A DNA stretch of 64,000 nucleotides from Aquimonas sp. (lineage in GTDB: Bacteria > Pseudomonadota > Gammaproteobacteria > Xanthomonadales > Xanthomonadaceae): positions 17,410-81,409 of the forward strand of contig JBIJCA010000001.1 of the NCBI GenBank assembly GCA_044344935.1, written 5' to 3'. This document shows positions 52,127 to 62,289 of this stretch, piece by piece. Each line of letters begins with the position of its first letter. Position 1 is the stretch's first letter. The position numbers and the translations under genes were made by a program. The notes below the pieces were generated by a model, which saw nothing but the letters and a program-made list of their open reading frames with translations, was not told the DNA's origin and did no database searches.

Positions 52127-52265
52127 ACAACCGAGGTTTCGCAAGCGGCTGCCTGCTTGCTCGTGTGCTCGAGAGGGGCGGTCATCGCAGCCGCGCCCGG
52201 AAACCTTGCTGCGCCTCGACAGCCGTCGGCCAATCCCGAATCCCTAATCCCTAATCCCGAATCCC
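52094..52265. repeat. inverted heptamer-repeat element B
   Basis: Four GGGATT(C/G) units at 52098-52125 and five NAATCCC units at 52231-52265; the interior has its own inverted repeats. Confidence 0.88.
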
Positions 52266-52272
52266 GGCCCCC

Positions 52273-52405
52273 AAATAAAAACCCCGGAACCGAGGGGGAG
52301 CGGTTCCGGGGTCGGGGAGCGCGATCCTGGCTGGGGGGAGCCGTGGATCGCGCAGATTCACTCGAGGGGGAGGGAGTGAATCTCTGCGGTGGCGTTGCAC
52401 CACCG
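52273..52405 (-). ncRNA. sX13-like C-loop sRNA, copy 1
   Basis: Four hairpins: CGGTGGTG-CAA-CGCCACCG; AGATTCACTC-CCTCCCCCTC-GAGTGAATCT; GCGCGATCC..GGCT-CCCCCC-AGCC..GGATCGCGC; ACCCCGGAACCG-CTCCCCCT-CGGTTCCGGGGT-TTTTATTT. Lies downstream of polA. Confidence 0.8.
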
Positions 52406-52716
52406 GGATGAGAGATTGCGCCGGGAGCCGGGAGTTCAAGCGCCGACCCGGATCCATTCAGCCGGCCTTTAGCTGGGTCCGAACCTGGAGCAAGGCTTCG
52501 CCAGGTCGAACATTCAACAGGCCGTGCTGGCGGATGCCCGCGCGCTGTGGCGCCGTGCCGATGCAGGGGCTCGCAAGAGGGTCGCTTTGGCCACTGCAGT
52601 TCAGAGCATCTCAGCCCCGCATGGCGGCACGAGCGGTTCACTTCAGTGGAAGAGTCTCGTGCAGGTGCGCGCGCCGGTGTCTGGTTCCGACCGGCTCGGT
52701 ATGCGGCGAAGCGCCC

Positions 52717-52844
52717 AAATAGAAAGCCCCGAGAGCCGGGGGGAGCTCTCGGGGCTTGGGGGCCGGAAGGCGGTCGGGGGGAACCGGTCCTTCCGTGTAT
52801 TCACTCAAGGGGGAGGGAGTGAATCAGACCGGCGTTGCGCCAGT
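52717..52844 (-). ncRNA. sX13-like C-loop sRNA, copy 2
   Basis: Four hairpins: ACTGGCG-CAA-CGCCGGT; ATTCACTC-CCTCCCCCTT-GAGTGAAT; CGGAAGG..CGGTT-CCCCCC-GACCG..CCTTCCG; AGCCCCGAGAGC-TCCCCCCG-GCTCTCGGGGCT-TTCTATTT. A -10-like TAAGAT lies at 52855-52860. Confidence 0.82.
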
Positions 52845-53099
52845 CGTGGGACGCATCTTACGGATGCATTCTGAAATTCGCGTGACTGCGGGCGTGACGA
52901 TTAAGCACAATTAATCTTTCGTTCATTTCCAGATGCGCGCTTCACATGCAGCGTACAGGTCGGAAGTCACGCAACAACCACGCGTTGAACTGAGTAGTTC
53001 AGGCAATCCTGATGTACTTGCGCGCCGCCTTGGACAAGGCCCCGTCAGGGTTTCCCGCCCGGCGTGGCCTCGCCTTTCGCGCGCTTTTCGAAGTCGCAC

Positions 53100-55835
53100 T
53101 CAGTGCGCCTGATCCCAGTTGTCGCCGACGCCGGCATCGACGGTCAGCGGCACCCGCAGCTCGACCGCGCCCTGCATGCGCCGCTTGGCCTCGGTCACCA
53201 GGGTGTCGACGAAGTCCTCGCGGCATTCGAAGACGAGTTCGTCGTGCACCTGCAGGACCATGCGCGCGCGGCCGTCCTGGGTGCCCAGCCAGGCGTGCAG
53301 GTCGAGCATCGCGCGCTTGATGATGTCGGCGGCGCTGCCCTGCATCGGTGCGTTCACCGCGGCGCGTTCGGCGCCGGCGCGCAGGCCCTGCTGGCGCGCG
53401 TGGATGTCGTTGAGATACAGACGCCGGCCGAACACGGTTTCGACATAGCCGAACTCGCGCGCCTGCTGGCGCACCCGCTCCATGTAGCCCTGCACGCCCG
53501 GATAGCGGGCGAAGTAGAGCGCGATGTAGTCCTGCGCCTCGCCGCGATCGATGCCGAGCTGCTTGGCGAGACCAAACGCACTCATGCCGTACATCAGGCC
53601 GAAGTTGATCGCCTTGGCGGCGCGGCGCTGGTCCGGGCCGACCTCGTCCAGCGGCACGCCGAACACCTCGGCGGCGGTGGCGCGATGCACGTCCTGGCCG
53701 CCGGCAAAGGCCGAGAGCAGCCCGGGGTCTTCGGACAGGTGGGCCATGATCCGCAGCTCGATCTGCGAGTAGTCGCAGGCCACCAGCTTGCTGCCGGGCG
53801 GGGCGATGAAGGCGCGGCGGATGCGGCGGCCGTCCTCGGTGCGGATCGGGATGTTCTGCAGATTCGGATCCGACGAGGACAGGCGCCCTGTCGCCGCGCC
53901 GGTCTGGTGGAAGCTGGTGTGCACCCGCCGGGTGTCGGGGTGGATCGCCTCGGGCAGCTTGTCGGTGTAGGTGCCGCGCAGCTTGGCGAGGCTGCGGTAG
54001 TCCAGGATCAGCTTGGGCAGCTCGTGGCGATCGGCAATCGCTTCCAGCGCTTCCTCGTTGGTGCTGGGCGCGCCGCCGGGCGTCTTCAGCAGCGCCGGCA
54101 GGCCGAGCTCGTCGAACAGCAGGGCGCCGAGCTGCTTGGGCGAGTCGAAGTTGAAGCTGCGCCCGGCCAGCTCGAAGCCGCGCTTCTGCAGCTCCAGCAT
54201 GCGGCGGCCCAGATCCTGGCTCTGCCGACGCAGTTCGTCGGCGTCGATCAACACGCCGGCGGCCTCCATGTCGGCCAGCACCTGCACCAGCGGCAGTTCG
54301 ATCTCGCGATACACACGGGCCAGCGTCGGCTCGGCCTCGAGCTTGGGCCACAGGGTCTGATGCAGGCGCAGGGTGATGTCGGCATCTTCGGCCGAGTAGT
54401 CGCGCGCGACCTCGAGATCGACTTCGGCAAACGAGATCTGCTTCGCGCCCTTGCCGGCGACCTCGCTGTACGCGATCGGCGTGTAGCCCAGATAGTTCTT
54501 CGCCAGCGAATCCATGTCGTGGCGACTGGCGGTGGAGTTCAGCACGAAGCTCTCCAGCATGCTGTCGTGGGCCAGCCCGCGGAGCAGGACGCCATGCTCG
54601 CGCAGCACATGGATGTCGTACTTGGCGTTCTGCGCGAGCTTCGGCTTCGATGCGTCTTCCAGCACCGGCCTGAGCTTCGCGAGCACTGCGGCGCGATCGA
54701 GCTGGGCGGGTGCGCCCGGATAGATGTGCGCCACCGGGATGTAGGCGCCTTCGCCTGCGAGGGTCGAAAAGGACAGACCGACGAGATCGGCGCGCAGCGC
54801 ATCGATGCTGGTGGTCTCGGTGTCGAAGCAGATCAGTTCGGCGGCTTCGAGTTCGCGGATGAGTGCATCGAGATCCTGTTCGGTGAGAATCAGGCGGTAG
54901 CTGCCGCGCGCCTGTACCGGCAGATCCGCGGCCGGTGCAGCGGTGGCGACGCTGGGGCCTGCGCCCGCAGCTTTCGCTGGACTGCCGCCGTTGCCCAACT
55001 CCAGGTCGCGCAGCGCCGCATTGAAGCCGTAGCGCGCGTACAGCTGCTTCAGCGCCTCGATATCGCGTGGGCGCAGCCTGAGGTCGGTCGGGCCGCGGTC
55101 GAGCTCGACCGCGGTGACGATGGTGGTGAGCTGGCGGTTCAGCGGCAGACGCGGCAGGGCCGCACGCAGGTTCTCGCCGATCTTGCCGCCCATCGTCGGT
55201 GCAGCCTCGATCACGCCGTCGAGCGAGCCGAACTCGCCCAGCCACTTCGCCGCGGTCTTCGGCCCGCATTTGTCGACGCCGGGGATGTTGTCGACCGTGT
55301 CGCCCATCAGCGCGAGGTAGTCGATGATCTGCTCGGGCCGCACGCCGAACTTCTCGACGACGCCGGCTTCGTCGAGACGCGAGCCGCTCATGGTGTTGAC
55401 CAGGAGGATGCCGGGTCGCACCAGCTGGGCGAAGTCCTTGTCCGAGGTCGAGACTTCGACCTCGATGCCCTCGGCCGCGGCGCGCGTGGCGAGCGTACCG
55501 ATCACGTCGTCGGCCTCGACGCCGGGCACCCGCAGGATCGGAAAGCCGAGTGCCTCGACAATCGCCATCATCGGCTCGATCTGCGCGCGCAGATCGTCGG
55601 GCATGGCTTCGCGGTTGGCCTTGTACTCGGGGTAGAGCGCGTCGCGGAAGGTCGGCCCGGAGGCGTCCATCACGAAGGCCGCATAGGTCGGGCCTTCCTT
55701 CAGCGTCGAGCGCAGCATGTTGACCACGCCGAACAGCGCACCAGTGGGCTCGCCGGCCGCATTCGACAGCGGCGGCAGGGCATGGAAGGCGCGGTACAGG
55801 TAACTTGAACCGTCGATGAGGATGAGCTTGTCCAT
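53100..55835 (-). CDS. polA: DNA polymerase I
   Basis: LILIDGSSYLYRAFHALP, EADDVIGTLA, FDTETT, TGRLSSSDPNLQNIP, DYSQIELR, AKAINFG, QVHDEL. Confidence 0.99.
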   Translation of the reverse strand: MDKLILIDGSSYLYRAFHALPPLSNAAGEPTGALFGVVNMLRSTLKEGPTYAAFVMDASGPTFRDALYPEYKANREAMPDDLRAQIEPMMAIVEALGFPILRVPGVEADDVIGTLATRAAAEGIEVEVSTSDKDFAQLVRPGILLVNTMSGSRLDEAGVVEKFGVRPEQIIDYLALMGDTVDNIPGVDKCGPKTAAKWLGEFGSLDGVIEAAPTMGGKIGENLRAALPRLPLNRQLTTIVTAVELDRGPTDLRLRPRDIEALKQLYARYGFNAALRDLELGNGGSPAKAAGAGPSVATAAPAADLPVQARGSYRLILTEQDLDALIRELEAAELICFDTETTSIDALRADLVGLSFSTLAGEGAYIPVAHIYPGAPAQLDRAAVLAKLRPVLEDASKPKLAQNAKYDIHVLREHGVLLRGLAHDSMLESFVLNSTASRHDMDSLAKNYLGYTPIAYSEVAGKGAKQISFAEVDLEVARDYSAEDADITLRLHQTLWPKLEAEPTLARVYREIELPLVQVLADMEAAGVLIDADELRRQSQDLGRRMLELQKRGFELAGRSFNFDSPKQLGALLFDELGLPALLKTPGGAPSTNEEALEAIADRHELPKLILDYRSLAKLRGTYTDKLPEAIHPDTRRVHTSFHQTGAATGRLSSSDPNLQNIPIRTEDGRRIRRAFIAPPGSKLVACDYSQIELRIMAHLSEDPGLLSAFAGGQDVHRATAAEVFGVPLDEVGPDQRRAAKAINFGLMYGMSAFGLAKQLGIDRGEAQDYIALYFARYPGVQGYMERVRQQAREFGYVETVFGRRLYLNDIHARQQGLRAGAERAAVNAPMQGSAADIIKRAMLDLHAWLGTQDGRARMVLQVHDELVFECREDFVDTLVTEAKRRMQGAVELRVPLTVDAGVGDNWDQAH

Positions 55836-55919
55836 GCGCGGAAGTGTAGTCGCCCGCGCTATGCCTCGCCGCTGCCGCTGGCTATGCTCGGGGTCCGTCA
55901 CCACCCGAGGCCTGCTGCC

Positions 55920-56276
55920 ATGCGCTCATCCTTTCGACTGCTGCCGGTCCTGCTGCTTGCGGCGCTGTGCGCCCCGCTGACGCAGGCCCAGACCGAAACC
56001 CCGGCCGCTGCGCCTGAAGAGGCGCCGATCCCGCCCAAGCTGCCCAATGTGCCGAGCGAGGATGAGGTTCCGGCGGTGAACATCCGCCGCGACGAGAAAA
56101 CCGGCGACGTGATCGAGGAGTACCGTCTGAACGGCCGACTGCAGATGGTCAAGGTGACTCCACGCGTCGGCCCGTCGTACCAGCTCATCGACACCAACGG
56201 CGACGGCAAGCTGGATTCACACGATTTCGAGGGCGGTGTGCGGCCGGTGTACTGGACCCTGTTCGAGTGGAACTGA
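55920..56276 (+). CDS. DUF2782-family exported protein
   Basis: Signal peptide, IEEYRLNGRLQMVKVTP..GPSYQLIDTNGDG, C-terminal WTLFEW; divergent from polA. Confidence 0.8.
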   Translation: MRSSFRLLPVLLLAALCAPLTQAQTETPAAAPEEAPIPPKLPNVPSEDEVPAVNIRRDEKTGDVIEEYRLNGRLQMVKVTPRVGPSYQLIDTNGDGKLDSHDFEGGVRPVYWTLFEWN

Positions 56277-56410
56277 GGGTCTCTCGGCTCCGTTGGGTGT
56301 CGCAGATGCTCGCTGCGGAAACCGTGGGTGCTCACGGGTCTGTTTCCCGGGCCCGCGGCTGACCCGGCGGGCAGCCGCGCGCGCTGCCTGGTTTGATCGA
56401 CGCGGTCTTG

Positions 56411-58680
<2,270 letters not shown>

Positions 58681-58684
<4 letters not shown>

Positions 58685-59247
58685 TGCAGCGTCTGGAACA
58701 GGAAGGCCCGCGCGACCTCCCAGTCGCGGTGCGCGGTCGCCCGCGACACTCCCAGCACCTGGGCCACTTCGCTCATGTCCAGGCCGGCGAAGTAGCGCAG
58801 CTCGACCACCTGCGCCTTGCGCGGGTCGGCGGCTTCGAGCTGCTGCAGGGCCTGCTCCAGCGCCAGTGCGTCGACGCCGGCGGTGGCGCCGCGATCGGCC
58901 GCGGTCGACAGGGTGACGCGCTCGGCGCCGCCGCCGCGCTTGTCGGCATCGCGGCGGCGGGCGTGATCGACCAGCACCTGCCGCATGCGATGGGCGGCGA
59001 CCGCGAAGAACTGGCGGCGGTCCTCGATCGAGGCCACCGAGCCGCCGGCAAGCCGCAGCCAGGCCTCGTGCACCAGTGCTGTCGGCGACAGGGTGTGGCC
59101 GGCACGCTCGCCGACCAGCAGGTGGTCGGCCAGGCGCCGCAGTTCGGCATAGACCCGCTGCAGCAGCTGCGGGTCGGATGCGCCAGCGGCGCCGGCGTCG
59201 CGCAGCAGGCGGGTGAAGTCGTCGCCGGGGTCAGCGTTCGCGGACAT
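58681..59247 (-). CDS. ECF sigma factor of the kinase-associated type (EcfK/ECF43-like)
   Basis: VYAELRRLA, HTLSPTALVHEAWLRL, ARRRDADKRGGG, VVELRYFAGL, RDWEVARAFL; stop overlaps the kinase start. Confidence 0.92.
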
Positions 59248-59289
59248 GCGCGGATCATAGACCGCCCCCGGGCGCGCTGCCCGGTGTCC

Positions 59290-60726
59290 TCACGGCAGCG
59301 CATCAACCTGCTGCAGGACCCGTCCCAGCACCGACTGCACGTTGAACTGGTCGATACCGCCGCCCACGCTGTTGGCCATGGCGACCACGACGAAGGGCTC
59401 GCGTCCGGCATCCTCCAGCAGCCAGGCGTGCACCAGCACGTGGAAGCCGTTGGCGCCGCTGCTGAGGCTGCCGCCCTTGTACCAGACCCGGTCCCAGGCG
59501 CCGCGCACATTCGGCTGTGCGGCCTGCGCACCCATCGCGCGGTCGACCATGCGGAAGGCGTCGGAACCTGCCGGCAGCCGCCGCAGTGCGGCGAACGCGC
59601 GGCAGACATCCGCCGGACTGGCCTCCCAGGTGCCCTCGCTGAGCAGATCGGGGTGGAAGAAAGCGCCGCCGGTATTCGGACCCAGCGGCTCGATCTGACT
59701 GGCCAGAAAGCCGTACTGGAAGGTCTCGCTGCCGTTGACATAGCTGTTGGCGGTGGCGAGATCGAAGGAGCGGAACACGTGGAACTGCTCGCTGATGTTG
59801 AGGAACGGTTGCAGCAGGGTCGGGGTCGCGTGTCCGTAGCTGACCACCAGACCGTCGAGCAGGCTGCGGCCGACGCGCTCATGCAGCAGATCGGTGGCGG
59901 TGTTGTCGCTGATGCCCATCATCAGCGTGGCCAGATCGGCCGCGCTGAACAGCGTGCCCAGCGGTTCGCTGTTGATCGTGCCGCCGGGCGCCAGCTCGCT
60001 GGCCACCAGCGCGATGTTCTCCGACGGAAGCATCGAGCCCGCGACGACACGCTGCGCGGCGCCGCCGAGTACGTACATCTTGAACACCGACCCGGTCGCG
60101 CGCGGCGTGTTCGGATCGCGCGACTCGATCGACGTGCACTGGCCGTTTGCCCCGATCCGGCCGACGAACAGGCCGGGCGCGCTCGACAGCGTGGCGAAGC
60201 GGTCGGCGGCCTGGGCCAGGCTCAGATTCTGGTCGGCCGGAAACAGCACGGTGCCGCCGAAGTTGTTGACCCCGAACTGCACGATCCGACCGGCGCCCGC
60301 ATAGACGGTACCGAACTGCAGGAAGCCCGAAGGCGGAGGACTGCCTGGGCTGTCAATCACCGCCACCACGCGGGTCGGCGTGTGTCCAATCAGGTCGGTG
60401 ATGCGCGCGTTCGGATAGCTGTTGCGCACCGAGGCGATGAAGTCGATCGTGGCCTGCACGTTGATGCTGGCCAGCCAGGTCGGATCGAAGTGCTCATTGA
60501 CCTCGGCGGCAGTGGTGACGGCCCCTGCCTGGAGCTCGCCGAGCAGCCACTGCAGGCGGGTGCTGACCGGCGCCGGCGGTAGCTGCACGTTGCCACCGAC
60601 GATCGGGAACTGCGGCGCGATCGCGCTCTCGAAGCCGTCGGCATAGGTCTGCGCCCGGCTAACGCCGGACAGCATCAGGCCGCAGGCGGCCAGCGCGGGC
60701 AGCGCCCGTCGAATCCATGTGTTCAT
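59290..60726 (-). CDS. exported class A beta-lactamase-fold serine hydrolase (Cpe/LpqF-like)
   Basis: Signal peptide and extra N-terminal domain; SxxK (TGSVFK), SDN (GISDNTATD), KGG (YKGGS), and PFLNISEQF. Confidence 0.8.
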   Translation of the reverse strand: MNTWIRRALPALAACGLMLSGVSRAQTYADGFESAIAPQFPIVGGNVQLPPAPVSTRLQWLLGELQAGAVTTAAEVNEHFDPTWLASINVQATIDFIASVRNSYPNARITDLIGHTPTRVVAVIDSPGSPPPSGFLQFGTVYAGAGRIVQFGVNNFGGTVLFPADQNLSLAQAADRFATLSSAPGLFVGRIGANGQCTSIESRDPNTPRATGSVFKMYVLGGAAQRVVAGSMLPSENIALVASELAPGGTINSEPLGTLFSAADLATLMMGISDNTATDLLHERVGRSLLDGLVVSYGHATPTLLQPFLNISEQFHVFRSFDLATANSYVNGSETFQYGFLASQIEPLGPNTGGAFFHPDLLSEGTWEASPADVCRAFAALRRLPAGSDAFRMVDRAMGAQAAQPNVRGAWDRVWYKGGSLSSGANGFHVLVHAWLLEDAGREPFVVVAMANSVGGGIDQFNVQSVLGRVLQQVDALP

Positions 60727-60925
60727 GCGTGCGTGCTCCCCTGTGGCCCGTCGGTGAGCCCCTTGGAGGCTTCAAGGCGCAGAACGGGGCTTCAGTGTCG
60801 CATCGGTGGCGCGGGTGGGCGAATGCAGGGCGCTGCGAGGCAACGCAGCGTTGCAGTCGCGCGACTTGTGGGCGCCGCGGCGCGGGGCCATCTTCGACGC
60901 CATCGAAACCTGCTGGAGAGCACCC

Positions 60926-61768
60926 ATGTCGCAAGCCCGTCATGTCAGCCGCCTTGTGCGCGGCATGCCCACCTCGGATGGCGCCGGCGTGCGCCTGACC
61001 CGGGTGATCGGCACGCCCGAGCTGCGCAACCTCGATCCCTTCCTGATGCTCGATCACTTCGGTTCGGAAGAAGCCGCCGACTACATCGCCGGTTTCCCCA
61101 ACCACCCGCACCGCGGCTTCGAGACCGTCACCTACATGCTCGAAGGGCGCATGCGCCACCGCGACAACCAGGGCAACGAAGGCCTGCTGGTGTCGGGCTC
61201 GGTGCAGTGGATGACCGCCGGCCGCGGCCTCGTGCATTCGGAAATGCCCGAGCAGGAAGAGGGCCGGATGTCCGGCTTCCAGCTGTGGATCAATCTGCCG
61301 GCGGCGCAGAAGATGTGTGCGCCGCGCTACCAGGACATCGCGCCCGAACGCATTCCGGAAGTCGAGCCCCTGCCCGGCGCGAAGGTGCGCGTGCTGGCCG
61401 GCGAGTACGGCGGCCTTCGCGGCCCGGTCGACGCCGAAGCCACCTCGCCGCTGTACCTGGACATCGCGCTGCCAGCGGGCGCGGCGCTTGAGGTGCCGGT
61501 GCCGCGGGGACACACCGCCTTCGCCCACGTGTTCGAGGGTGAGGCGCTGCTGGCCGGGCAGCCGGTCGGCACCGATGTGATGGCCCTGCTGTCCGACGGC
61601 GATCACCTGACCGTCGCCGCCACCGAGGCGCCGGTGCGCCTGATCCTCGTCGCTGGTCGCCCGCTGCGCGAACCGATCGTGCAGTACGGACCGTTCGTGA
61701 TGAACCATCCGCATGAGATCCAGCAGGCCATGCTCGACTACCAGGCGGGGCGCTTCGGGCCGGTGTGA
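60926..61768 (+). CDS. pirin-family protein
   Basis: LDPFLMLDHF, GFPNHPHRGFETVTY, QWMTAGRGLVHSE, GPFVMN. Confidence 0.95.
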   Translation: MSQARHVSRLVRGMPTSDGAGVRLTRVIGTPELRNLDPFLMLDHFGSEEAADYIAGFPNHPHRGFETVTYMLEGRMRHRDNQGNEGLLVSGSVQWMTAGRGLVHSEMPEQEEGRMSGFQLWINLPAAQKMCAPRYQDIAPERIPEVEPLPGAKVRVLAGEYGGLRGPVDAEATSPLYLDIALPAGAALEVPVPRGHTAFAHVFEGEALLAGQPVGTDVMALLSDGDHLTVAATEAPVRLILVAGRPLREPIVQYGPFVMNHPHEIQQAMLDYQAGRFGPV

Positions 61769-61888
61769 GCCCTGCCAGGGCTCGGGCGACGGTTGCAGGA
61801 GCGGTGCGAGACGCGTGCAGCGCGCGGCCATGGCGTGCGCATGGCGCGCCATGCAAGTCGTGTCGCGCGTGGCGCGCGCCAAGGAAGC

Positions 61889-62289
61889 CATAGGGTGGGT
61901 CTTGACCCACCGGAACCTGGCGTCGATCCATGTACGTGGCGGAACTTGCGGTCGTTCGAGCTGCGAGCTTGATGACCGGGGCGAGCGTTGAGCTCCGGTG
62001 GGCCAGGGCCCACCCTATGGACCGGGGCGAGCGTTGAGCTGGAGGCGCGGGTGCCGCAGGGACAGAGCCGCGGGCCGTTCGTCATGAACCATCTGCATGA
62101 GATCCAACACGCGACACGCGGGCCCTAGGTCGATCTTGGCGCATAGGGTGGGCCCTGGCCCACCGTGGCCCTGAAGAACTTGGGGGGTGAGCCGGAGGAC
62201 CTGGGCGAGCGTTGAGCTTCGGTGGGTCAAGGCCCGGCCTATGAACCGGGGCGAGCGTTGAGCTCCGGTGGGTCGAGACCCACCCTATG
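61889..62289. repeat. REP/BIME cluster 2 (five ATAG-type REPs, 46-bp tandem units)
   Basis: REPs at 61889-61912 (+), 61996-62019 (-), 62142-62165 (+), 62220-62243 (-, degenerate) and 62266-62289 (-). Confidence 0.88.
62071..62114 (+). pseudogene. 44-nt diverged copy of the pirin 3' region
   Basis: 38 of 44 nt identical to 61687-61730; reads GPFVMNHLHEIQHA versus GPFVMNHPHEIQQA. Confidence 0.75.

Noticed and set aside
52473-52716. Protein-like open frame between the two sRNA copies (NLEQGFARSNIQQAVLADARALWRRADAGARK...)
   Set aside because: It has no convincing RBS or start, runs antisense into sRNA copy 2 and matches no family I recognise. It could be a remnant but is unsupported.
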